From: Callorhinchus milii
Taxonomy: Eukaryota
Reading direction: 5' to 3'
DNA: 64,000 nucleotides
Assembly (NCBI RefSeq): GCF_018977255.1
Contig: NW_024704771.1
Span: forward strand, 868,001 to 932,000
The translations under genes were made by a program, and so were the position numbers. Positions 33,154 through 46,200 of the stretch are shown here, one piece after another (the first letter of the stretch is position 1; every line of letters begins with the position of its first letter). The notes beneath the pieces were generated by a model. The model was not told the DNA's origin. It saw only the letters and a program-made list of their open reading frames with translations, and made no database searches.

Positions 33154-33712
33154 TCTGTACTAATAAAGACAAAATGTCTGTCAGTCTGTCTGTGTATTCA
33201 CCAAGAACGCAATAACCAATTGAAATAGAGACATGATTTATAACTCATCAGAAAGGTCTTGCAAAGGGGAGTGTCATGGGCATATTTTGGGAGGATCTTC
33301 TATTGATGAGCTATATTAAAAAATGCGTTCATTAAGCCCCAAAATATGAAGTATGCATGGTATTCTGCAACAAAGCAGTGACAAAGGAAATCACACACCC
33401 TTCAAGAGAAATGCATCTATCTACATTAAAAAAGACAAAATGTGGGTCTGTCTGCAAATAATGCATTGCCATAAAGGTTCGATCTATACATGAATGGAAA
33501 GGTCTTGCAAGGAGAAGTGTCATGGGCATATTTTTTTGGGGGGCGAACTCCTATCATTGATGAGCTATGACCTAAACAAACTCACCACACATGTATGGCA
33601 GCTTTGCTTAAGGTGCTTATGGCATATTAAATGGTCTGTCAGTGTATCACTAAAATTTACATTCCATATTGGATCCTTTGGTTGCAAGTCAAGCAACAAC
33701 GGGTACAGATAG
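33154..33712 (+). mobile_element. Non-autonomous Helitron-like element with an internally duplicated 5' part
   Basis: 5' TCTGTACTAATAAA and 3' GCAACAACGGGTACAGATAG, inserted between A and T with no TSD. The paralogous empty site reads tttaaa|tatgaaataaatg at ~54375 (gene C); gene D shows the same empty site at ~62630. Confidence 0.75.
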
Positions 33713-33715
33713 TGT

Positions 33716-34095
33716 GAAATAAATGTGCTCTATTGTCAGGTTTGTGTCAATAGTAAAGCGAGAGCTCTGCAGTCAGTTTATTCCCAGTTTGTGGTTTAAA
33801 CGCTGAGAATTGGAGGCAAGTGAGGGGGAAGGGAATGGGAGCTCCTCTCTGACTTGCACCATGTTGGGGTGAATAAGGAGCGGCTGTGAGGAGGGGGAGG
33901 GGAGGGGCACATTACAGCAGTTACACATAACATGTTTCTTCCCGAAACCATCTCATGTAGACCCCCAGTGTGGGGCCAGGGGGGGCCTCACTGTCACAGT
34001 TAAAGATCCCACATCACTATTCCAACAGAGAAGACAATTTGTTCTGCTGTGGGTGTAAATGCAAAGAACATGTTGTAATTATGTTTTATATTTTA
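33716..34095. promoter_or_regulatory. Conserved non-coding block upstream of the BTN signal exon (copies at 54380-54745 and 62636-62866)
   Basis: The three paralogous copies are nearly identical over >200 bp; contains a RUNX-like TGTGGTTT motif and purine-rich elements. Confidence 0.55.
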
Positions 34096-34185
34096 TTGAT
34101 TATATTTGATCACAAATCTCTGTGTGTAATGATCTGATTTGCTGTGTTGTAACCAGTTCTGATCTCATTGTGAAGGTCCTCGAAG

Positions 34186-34243
34186 ATGAGCTGCAAACAC
34201 TGTATTCAGGTCCTGTGGCTTGTGCTTCCCCTCTCACTGACTG
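34186..34243 (+). CDS. BTN gene B signal-peptide exon ([19 protein letters not shown])
   Basis: Acceptor aaccag at 34156, GAAGATGA start, G|gtaagg donor, 58 coding nt. Confidence 0.88.
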
Positions 34244-37200
34244 GTAAGGAAACACATTGAATCTGTTTGATTTCTGTTGGTGTAAATTGCTGAAGATAAA
34301 GGTAAATGATGTGCACAGACTGGTTGCCGCCTTCCCTCCACAAAATACACAGTCGCAGCACTTCACAGTCTATCCTATGAAGATTTTGAGACTTCTCGGC
34401 GACGTGATAATCATAGAATAATCAGAAAATCATAGAATTATACAGCACAAAAGGAGGCCATTCAGCCCAGTAGGCCAACTCTTTTAAAAGTGCCATCCAA
34501 ATCAATCCCAATCCCTTGCTCTTTCCTCATAGCCGCGCAAACCTGTCCTTCACAAATAATTATTTATAAGGTGCTATATCAAATGTAAGGATTATTATTG
34601 TTATCTCAGCAACAGTCTATTGACAGAGTTTGTCTGAGGCAGTGACTGAAAATCCTATCTGTATCCATTGTTTATTATTAAGCAGAGAAATTCACAGTCA
34701 CTGGCCCGGCCCTCCCTGTCCCAGCCATTGCTGGTTCAGATGTTGTCCTGGACTGTAAGTGTTCCATAGACCTGCCACGAGAGGGTGTGGAGGTGAGATG
34801 GTTCAGGACAAGATACGACTCCCCTGTGCACTTATACAAGGAGGGGCGACAGCAACTGGAAACACAGGATGAAGCCTACAGACACAGAACACAACTGTTT
34901 GTAGAGGAATTTATCAACGGCGATGTGTCTCTCAGACTGGGAGATGTGCGGGTGTCAGATAATGGAGCGTACACGTGTTTTGTTGACTATGCCGGATGGT
35001 ATGAAGAGGCAGTGATAGAGTTGAAAGTTATAGGTCAGTAATGTTTATAATTCATTTTATTTCATGTAATCTGTGTGTACAAACATTCATTATTTGTTAA
35101 TGTTATCTTCAAAATGCAATACTTTATAAAAACAAGAACAAGTTATCATTGGTGTAAATGTATTCAGAATGTTGTGGCCTTCAGTAAAGTTACTGCTCTG
35201 TAATGTCCCGGGTATTAATATTGTCTGATTCACGTCTCCTGTCTTCCAGTTCTTGGCAGTCAGCCTTGGATTCACGTTGATGGGCAGCACAGTGATGGTG
35301 TGAGGCTGCGGTGTGAATCCAGTGGATGGTTCCCAGCACCAGAGGTTCTGTGGTTTGATGATCAGGGAAACAACTTAACAACACTCAGTAACTGGACGGT
35401 CAGAGAGGATTCTAAAGGTCTCTTCAGTGTTAAAGGCCAAATAGAAATCATCCATTCAACCAATAAGATCAGGTGTCTGATTCACAATTCAGAAAATGAA
35501 CAAGAAGGCAAACTCCAAATCTCAGGTCAGTAAGTACACTGAAATATTAACAATAGACTGATAGATATGATGCAGATTTGTACAGCACATGAAGTGAAAA
35601 CGATCAGTCTGGATGATACGGTCCACCTGATTTCATCCTTTCAAAATACCAAACTCACCATCTTCAACAACAGCAACAAATGACATTTGTGAAGTGCCTT
35701 TCATGTCAGGAGGACATCCAGTGTGAGAGGCACTATGCAAAGGTGGTGGACAATCAGGGATTTGGACCCACCTGGGGATTGGGGTCAACATGTGGATGGA
35801 GTTTCACAGAATTGGGGCAGAAGTATGGAGTTAGTAGGCCACAGAGATAGGGAGAAGCCGGGCCATGGAGGGCTTTGAAGGCAATGAACCTATTCATTAC
35901 AACAACAAGATTACATTTGTATAGCACAAATGTAATTTGTTTTACTTGACAATAAAGGTTTGAGATTCATCCAGAAATCACATTTGTAAACTGAAATAGA
36001 TAGATATTAGGAATGATTTCCTTTCCTCTGGCATGGTAATTCTCATTCAAAAATGCTGCCGTTACTTCTTCTCAATAAACTTTCACTAAACTCTTTACAA
36101 ACAGGGCTGCTGCCCCATTTCCAACCTGCCCTTCCTCTCCAAGGTGCTGGAATGAGTTGTCGCCTTGAAGTTCAATTCCTTCCTTTCCCACTATTCCCTG
36201 TATAAGTCTTTCCAAACTGCTTCCTGCTGCTCACAGCATCATTACAGCCCTGGCCAAAGGCACAGGTGATGTTCTCTCTGTCTTTGACCAGGAGACCCTG
36301 TGTCTACTTGTCCTTCTCTATCTCTCGCTCACCTTTCACACTGTTGACCACTTCTCCTCCGTGAATCACCTCACAGATTCTGCACATTATTGGTTTCACT
36401 CCTGTCTGTCCCAGCATCTCCATGTTATCTTATTCAATGGCTTCTCCTCCTGCCCAGTGTATTCACAGATGGTGTTCCTCTCCTTTTCCTTATCCACACA
36501 TTCACCCTTGGAGTCTGGCTCTCAGGGACCGGACTAACGAGACAGCCACAAAGAATGGATTTTATTCTGACATTCCCTTACCAACCACATCACTTTGGTG
36601 CCACTTCAGCTCCAAGACTCCATTTATCTCCTGGGAAAAGTATATGAAAATAATAATCCTTGTATTTGATACTGTATGTTATCATGTATTTGAGATGTCT
36701 CAAAGCCCTTCACAGAATATACTGTAAAGTGAAATGAATGTATATTTTGTGGGTGAGACGCGGCAGCCAATTGCAGACAGCAGTGTCCCACAAACAGTCA
36801 CGGATTGAGTGATCAAATTATTATTATTCTATTGTATTATTTGATGGGATTATTAGCTCTGGAAAGCGATCTACCAATCAATGAACAAGCGGGTTCCTAC
36901 TTACTGCTGGGTAAGCAGAGGCATGTGGAGTTTAAACATTAAACTTGTCTAATGTTTCGTTCTGCCCCGGAATCTAACCCGAATCTTCTCGCACTACACT
37001 ACCAGGACTTCACTTGGAGTGAAGCCTGTGACAGCTACTGAGCTACTGTGTGTAACACAGTCACATGGGGACAAATAAAGGTATTTGTGTTTGACATCAG
37101 AATAGATGTTTAAATGTCTATTTACATTTCTTGACAGACGAGTTCTTTCCCAAAGTGCCAGTGGGTTTGGTGGTTTCCGCACTGCTCTTAGGACTTGCCA

Positions 37201-40200
37201 TATTGGTGCTGAGTGTTCTTGTCGGCTTCAGTGTAAAACAGCGCCGAGAGATCAAAGGTACGTTCCCATCAGTAACATCTCCCATCACAACACTGTTTGT
37301 GTAAGAATGTGCAAGTTCTATAAAACAATTGGTCCCTCCCTTCACTCAGTGACCCCCGCGGCCTGTTTCATGTCACCGCCTGATCCTCCCTCCCCACCAT
37401 CAGCAGCTCAGGCTTTCAGCCTCTCTGCCCCCACTCTCTGCAACTCAAGCCAAGAATCCTTCCGACTTCACCCCCTCCCTCTCCATCACCTCTTTCAAGG
37501 CCTGTCCCATGACCTTCCTCATTCTGCATTTTTATTTAATTTTACCCTCTCCCCCCCACCCCAACCCCAGCTCAGACCCCAGCTCAGACCCCAGGTCAGC
37601 CCCCAGCTCAGACCCCAGCTCAGACCCCAGCTCAGACCCCAGTCAGCATTGTGAGGGCTTTGGGATATCCCAGCTCAGATCCCAGCTCAGAGCCCAGTCA
37701 GCTGTGGAAGGTGCTGTGTAAATGTAAATGTTATTGTAATTCAAACCTCCTGTAATTGTGTTGAGCTGCACTTTGTGTAGTTTCTAACTGTTAATGTTGT
37801 AAACATATAGACTGAGCATTAAACAATACTGGATTCAGGAGCGGTTTCTAACAGTTTTGTTTTGTATCCTCCAGATCTTGAGAAGAGAGTGGGTAAGTCA
37901 TCAAAATAAAATAACAATTTCACGTTGTGATTAACCTCATTCACAAGCTTCACACAAAGCAGACATAGTTCATAGAATCATAGAATTGAACAGCACAAAA
38001 GGAGGCCATTCGGCCCATAGAGTCTGTGTCGGCTCTTTGAAAAGAGCAATGTAATGTCAGTCCCACTCCCCAGCCCTTTCCCCATAACCCGCAAACCCGT
38101 CCTCCTCAAATACCATCCACTGCGTTTTTAAAAGTTGTTATCAAATCAGCCTCGACCGCCCTCTCAGGCGATGCCTTCCAGATCCAATGAGATTAATCCC
38201 GGCCTCTCCAGCCTTTCCTCATAATCAAGGGTTCCCTCATTCCGCAGTTGGCTCTATCCTTCTCACTGTGTACCACCCTATCTAACTTTGTGTCGTCGCA
38301 AACTTGGAAATGGTGCTTGTTATACCCAAGTCCAGATCATTTATGTTATAGTTTGCCAACAAAATACACAGTCACTACACTCTCCAGTAAATCGTGCAAA
38401 ATGCTTATGAGGAGCCAAATCTATTTCAAGGATTATTATTATAGAATAACAACAACTTGCACTTATATAGTGCCCTCCACGCAGGATAGCGTCTCAGATC
38501 ACTGAACAGAGACAGAGCCTGATTCTGAGCCGGGCCGAGGGTGGGGGGGGGGGGGGGGGGGGATGGGGGAGCCGACTATAAGCACAGTCGAAAAGGAAGG
38601 TTTTCAGGTGGGATTTGATAAAGAGGAGAGAGGGGGCAAGGCAGAGGGTTTGAGGGAGAGTGTTCCAGAGTTTCGGGGCGTAGTGACTGAATACACGATT
38701 TCCAATGGTGGAGCGGAGGGCAGTAGACAGGGAAGTAGACAGGTGTATGAGGGATAGAGACTTGAAGGGGTTAATGATAGGGCGGGGCAGCTGTTGTTAA
38801 CACTTTGCTCTGAGAGCCCATATAGACTCGATGGTGAATGGCCTCCTTCTGGGCTGTAAATTTCAATGATTCTATTCCATGAATTATTACAGAGTGTTTA
38901 ACTCCAAACATTGGTCTGTTTCACAGCTTCAACTTTCCCTTTTCCTTCCTCAGACAACATTGGCTTATGAACACACACACATTGAGGGAGAGAGAGAATG
39001 AGTGAGTGTCTCTATAACACAGGGAGTGAGTCAATGAGGGCGGGAGGGAGGGAGTGAGGAGGAGAGTGAGGGAGTGAGAGAAGGAGGGAGGGAGTGTGAC
39101 TGAGTTAGGAGCTGACGAAGGTCTGATCACTTCTTTCTTCTTGATTCCAGGGTTGAAAAGGAAGAACACATATGCAGGTAAGATTCTGAGTGACCAAGAA
39201 ACCATCCCACACATATACATACCCTCACCCCACATCCACTGCCCCCCCACCCAACACACACACCCCACACACATAACCACATATCCCCCAACAAACATAC
39301 CCACACATCCCCCACACGCACACCCTCACATCCCCCCACACAGCCCCTCGCATCCCCCCACACACCCCTCACATCCCTTCATACACACACCTTGTCAGCA
39401 GCCCCATGCACACCCTGACATTCCCTCACACAAACACACTCATCTCCCCCCAAACACAACCTCACCCCCACACACCCTCGCATTCCATTACACACACACC
39501 CTCACATCCCCCCCACACACACCCCTCACATGCCCCCCACCCCACCCCCACACATCCTCAAATCCTCCACACACAACCTCATATCCCCACACTCTCACGT
39601 TCCCCACACAAACCCTCACATCCCCCACACACAACCTCATATCCATCACACGCGCATTCCCTCACAATCCACCTCCCACACACACCCTGAAAAGCCCCCC
39701 ACACACACACACACTCTCACATCCCACCCACACCCCCTTCACACCCCTCCATACACACACTCACATCCCCCCACAAACACCCTCAAACACATAGCCTCAC
39801 ATCCTCCCATAGACTTTCTCAAATTACCCCCCACACACATCCTCACATTGACCCCAACCAACCTCATATTAACCCATACACCCCTCACACTCCCCCCACA
39901 CCACACCCTAAAATTCGCCCCCACACACAGCCTGTCATCCCCCACCCCACACATAAACACTGTCACATCTGCCCGACACGCACACACCCTCATATCCACC
40001 CACACACACCCTCACATCCCCTCAAACACACTCACCCTCACATCCCCCCCACATACAGTACCCTCACATTACCCCCACACACATCCTCACATCCCACCCA
40101 CACACACCCTCATATCCACCCGACACACACTGTCAAATCCCCCCCAAACATAACACAACATGTGGGAGCAGGAGGAGGCCATTCGGCCCTTCGAGCCTGC

Positions 40201-43200
40201 CCCGCCATTCAATCATGGCTGATCTTCTAATCTAACTCCAGCTAATAACCTGACGCTGCCTTATCCCCATATCCCTTAATACCTTTGACAATAAGAAATC
40301 TATCCATCTCAGTCTTGAATATGTTCAAGGACGGAGCGTCAACAGCCCTTTGGGGTAGTGAGTTCCATACATTCACTGCCCTTTGAGTGAAGAAGTTCTT
40401 CCTCAACTCAGTGCGAAAGGGCTGCCTCTGATTTTAAGGTTGTGACCCTGGTTTTAGTTTCTCCAACCGGGGACACAATCTCCCACTATCTACTCTATCT
40501 GCCCTTTGATGATCTTATAGGTTTCTATAAGATCCCCTCTAATTCTTCTATATTCTAGAGAATATAGGCCCAAATTGTTCAGCCTATCCTCGTAACTCAT
40601 CCCCTTCATCCCTGGTACTAACCCAGTAAATCTACGCTGCAGCCCTCCGAGGCAAGTACATCCTTCCTTAAATGAGAAGACCAAAACTGCCCCCAGTATT
40701 CCAGGTGTGGTCTCACCAGAGCCCTATACAGTGGCAGCAACACTTCCCTACTCTTATACTCTAATCCTTTCATAATGAATGCTAACATACCGTTCCCCTT
40801 CCTAATTGCTGCTGCACCTGCAGACTAACTTTCTGTGACTGGTGTACAAGGACACCCGAGTCCCTCCGGACACTGACACATTCCAATCTCTCCCCTTCTA
40901 AAAGATAACCCACTCTACTGTTTTTGCTACCGAGGCGGATGACTTGGCACTTCCCTACATTGTACTTCATCGGCACCTACCTGCCCAGTCACCTCACCTC
41001 TCTATGTCTCACTGCATTGTTTTTAATGTCGTCCTCTGTGTTGACACTTCCTCCTCGTTTTGTTTTGTGTCATCCGTGAATTTAGATATATTAACTTCGA
41101 TGTCCTCATCAGATCGTTGGTGTAGATGGTAAATAGCTGAGGCCCAGGGACTGATCCTTGTGGCACTCCACTGGTCACATCCCACCAATCCGAAAAGGAC
41201 CCGTTTATCCCTAATCTGTGTTTCCGACCCGTTAACCATTCCCCAATCCACGTTAATATGGTCCCCAATTCCATGGGCCCTTATCTTTTGGACTAACCTT
41301 TTATGCGGCACCTTATCGAATGCCTTCTGGAAGTCCAAATAGACCACATCCACTGATTCACCCATATCCACTTTACTGGAAATGTCCTCAAAAAACTCTC
41401 TGAGATTTGTCAAACATGACTTCCCTTTTGTAAAGCCGTGTTGACTCGGCCTAATTATATTGTGCCCTAAATACCGCACTACCACATCCTTAATCAACGA
41501 TTCTAAAATGTTTCCCATCACTGATGTGAGACTAATTGGTCTATAGTTCCCCATCTTTTCCTTTCCACCTTTTTTAAACAGTGGTGTGACATTTGTGATC
41601 TTCCAGTCCATGGGCACTGCTCCAGAATCCAAGGAATTTTGGAAGATCAGACACAGGGCCTCCACTATCTCATACGCTCCTCTTCTCAAACCCTGTGATG
41701 CAAACCATCCGGACCGGGGGATCCGTCACTGTTTAGTGCTCACAGTTTCCCGACACCAATTCTCTGCTGATGGAAATTTCCCTAAGTTGCTCCCTGTCCC
41801 TCACGTCCCCCCCCACCCCACACGCACCCACACGTACTCCCCACACGCACCCTCACGCCCCCCACACGCACCCTCACATACTGCCCACACACACCCTCAC
41901 GCCCCCCACACAAACACCCTCACAACCCCCCACACACACCATCATGAGCCGCCACACACACCCTCACCTCCCCCCAACACACAACCTCACGACCGCCCAC
42001 ACGCACCTGCACGTCCCCCCCACGACCACCCTCACGTCTCCCCCACACGCACCGTCATTACGCCACCACACACCCTCACATCCCCCACACGCAGCCTCAC
42101 GTCTCCCCCACACAAACCTCACGTGCCCCCCACAAGCAGCCGCATGTCCCTCCCACATGCACCCTCACCTCCCAACCACACGCACCCTCACTCACACACG
42201 CATACTCACGAGCCTCACAAATGCACACTCACATTCCTCCACAACCATGACATCCCCCGCACACGCACCCTCACGTTCCTCCATACACACCCTCATGTTG
42301 CTCCACATGAACCCTCACATCCCCCCCACACACACCCTCATGTTCCTCTACACACACACCTGTTCCATCACCCCCACACACACTCACGTCCCATACAAGA
42401 ACCCTCACGTCACCCCCACACACAGACTCACGTACCCCACACACGCACCCTCACGTCCCCCACACATGCACCCTCACGTCCCCCACACACGCACACTCAT
42501 GTCCCCAAGACACGCGCCCTCACATCCCCCCCACATGCACCCTCACATCCCCCACACGCACCCTCACATCCCCCACATGCACCCTCATGTACCTCCACAC
42601 GCACACTCACGTTCTCCCATACGCACACTTACCTCCACCCCACACGCACCCTTACGTCCCCCCCACACGTACACTCTCATGTCCCCCCCACACGAGCCCT
42701 CACATCCCCCACACGCACCCTCATGTTCCTCCACATGAACCTTCATGTCCACCGCACACACACCCTCACGCTCCCCCGCCTACACACGCCCTCACGCTCC
42801 CCCCGACACTAATCCTCATGCCCCCCCCTCCACACACACGCTCACGTGCCCCCCATACACACCCCCTCACATCCCCTCCACACACACCCTCACATCCCGG
42901 CCACAGACACACATTCAGCCCCACAACACACACCCTCACATCCCCCCAACTCATCCTCACACCACCACCTAACACACAAAATCACATCTACCCCCCAACA
43001 AACACCCTCACATCCCCCCACAAACACCCTCACATCCTCCCACACACACCCTCACATCCCCCCACACACACCCTCACATCCCCCACACACACCCTCACAT
43101 CCACTCCCACACACCCTCACGTCTCCCCCCACACATTCCTCCCACACACACCCTCACATGCCCCCACACACACCCTCACATCCCCACACACACCCTCACA

Positions 43201-46200
43201 TCCCCCCACACACAACCTCACATCCCCCACACACACCCTCACATCCCCCCACACACAACCTCACATCCCCCCCACACAGCCTCACATCTCCCCCCACACA
43301 TTCCCCCCACACACACCCTCACATCCCCCCCACACACCCTCACATCACTCCCACACACACCCTCACATACCCCAGAGACACCCTCACATCCCCCCACACA
43401 CACCCTCACATCCACTCCCACACACACCCTCACATCCCCCACACACACCCTCACATCCCCCCCCACACACCCTCACATCCACTCCCACACACCCTCACAT
43501 CCCCCCAACTCACCGTCACATCCCCCCACACAGGCCCTCACATCCCCCGACAAACACCCTCACATCCCCCCACACACACCCTCACATCCCCCCACACACA
43601 ACCTCACATCCCCCCACACACACCCTCACATCCCCCCCACACACACCCTCACATCCCCCCACACACACCCTCACATCCCCCCCACACACACCCTCACATA
43701 CCCCCGCACACACCCTCACATCTCCCCCCAAACATTCCCCCCACACACACCCTCACATCCCCCCCACACACACCCTCACATCCCCCCACACACACCCTCA
43801 CATCCACTCCCACACACCCTCACATCCCCCCCACACACACCCTCACATCCCCCCACACACACCCTCACATCCCCCCACACACACCCTCACATCGCCCCCA
43901 CACCCACACATGCACCCTCACATTCCTCCACACGCACCCTCATGTTCCCCCCACGAAGCACACTCACGTCCCTCACACACGCACCCTCATGTTCCCCCAA
44001 GCGCACCCTCATGTCCCCCCCACGAAGCACACTCACGTCCCTCACACACGCAGCCTCATGTTACCCCACACGCACACTCACGTCCCCTACACATGCACCC
44101 TCGTGTCCCCCGCACACGCACCCTCAGACAGCCTCATGTCAACTCCACACGCACCCTCACGTCAACCCCACACCCAGCATGTCTTGACCCTCACGCAGCC
44201 TCACATCCCTCCCACATGCACCCGCATGTCTCCCGCACAAGCACCCTCACACAGCGACACGTTCACATCACACGCACCCTCACATCCCCTGCACACGCAC
44301 CCTCATGTCGCCTCCACACGCACCCTCAAGCAGCCTCATGTTCACCCCAAATGCACCCTCACGTCCCTCCGCACACGCAACCTCACGTCCCCCCACATGC
44401 ACCCTCACATACCCCCCACAGGCACCCTCACCTCCCCCCAACACGCACCCTCACGTCACCCCCACATGCATCCTCACGTCACACCACACGCACACTCACG
44501 TTCCCCCCCCACACACCCTCACGTCTCCCACACACACCCTCACGTACCCCACACGCACCCTCACGTCCCCACCACACACACCCTCATGTCCCCCCCACCC
44601 GTACACTCTCACGTCCCCCCCACATGCGCCCTCATATCCCCCACACATGTACCCTCACATCCCCCACATGCACCCTCATGTTCCTCCACATGAACCCTCA
44701 CGTCCCGTGCACACGCACCCTCACTCTCCCCCCCCCACTAATCCTCACGCCACCCCCCTCCACAAGCACGCTCACTCGCACCCCCACACACACCCTCACA
44801 TCCCCCACACACACCCTCACATCCACTCCCACACACCCTCACATCCCCCCACACACACCCTCACATCCACTCCCCCACACACACCCTCACATCCCCCCAC
44901 AAACCCCTCACATCCCCCCACACACAGCCTCAGATCCCCCCACACACACCCTCACATCACCCCACACACACCCTCACATCCCCCCACACACCCCTCACAT
45001 CCCCCACACACCCTCACATCCCCCCCACACACACCCTCACATCGCCCCCACACACACCCTCACATCCACCCCACACACACACCCTCACATCCACTCCCAA
45101 CACCCTCACATCCCCCCCACACACACACGCACATCCACTCCCACACACCCTCACATCCGCCCCACACACACTCACATCCCCCCCACACACACCCTCACAT
45201 CCCCCCCACACACACCCTCACATCCCCCCCACACACACACGGACATCCACTCCCACACACACTCACATCCCCCCTACACACACCCTCACATCCCCCCACA
45301 CACACCCTCACATCCCCCCACACACACCCTCACATCCCCCCACACACACCCTCACATCCCCCCCACACATAGCCTCACATCCCCCCCACACATAGCCTCA
45401 CATCCCCCCCACACACACCCTCACATCCCCCCACACACAGCCTCACATCCCCCCCCACACCCTCACATCCCCCACACACAGCCTCACATCCCCCCACACA
45501 CACCCTCACATCCCCCCACACACAGCCTCACATCCCCCCACACATAGCCTCACATCACCTCCACACACACCCTCGCATCCCCCTACACACACCCTCACAT
45601 CCACTCCCACACTCACCCTCACATCCACTCCCACACACACCCTCACATTCCCCCACCACACAACCAATCATATCCCCCCACACACATACACCCCCTCACA
45701 TTCCCCCACCACACAAACCCTCACATCACCCCCACAGACACACCTTCAGACCCCCAACACTTCCCCCCAACTCAGCCTCACCCCACCCCCCAACACACAA
45801 AATCACATCTACCCCCCGACAAACACCCTCACATCCCCCCTCACACACCCTCACACCCCCACACACCCTCACATCCCCCACACATACCCTCACATCCCCC
45901 GCACATACCCTCACATCCCCCACACATACCCTCACATCCCCCACACATACCCTCACATCCCCCCACACATACCCTCACATCCCCCCACACACACCCTCAC
46001 ATCCCCCCACACACACCCTCACATCCCCCCACACACACCCTCACATCCCCCCCACACACACACCCCCACATCCCCCCCACACACCCTCACATCCCCCCAC
46101 ACACCCTCACATCCCCAACACACACACCCTCACATCCCCCCACACACACTCACATCCCCCCACACACACCCTCACATCCCCCCACACACACCCTCACATC

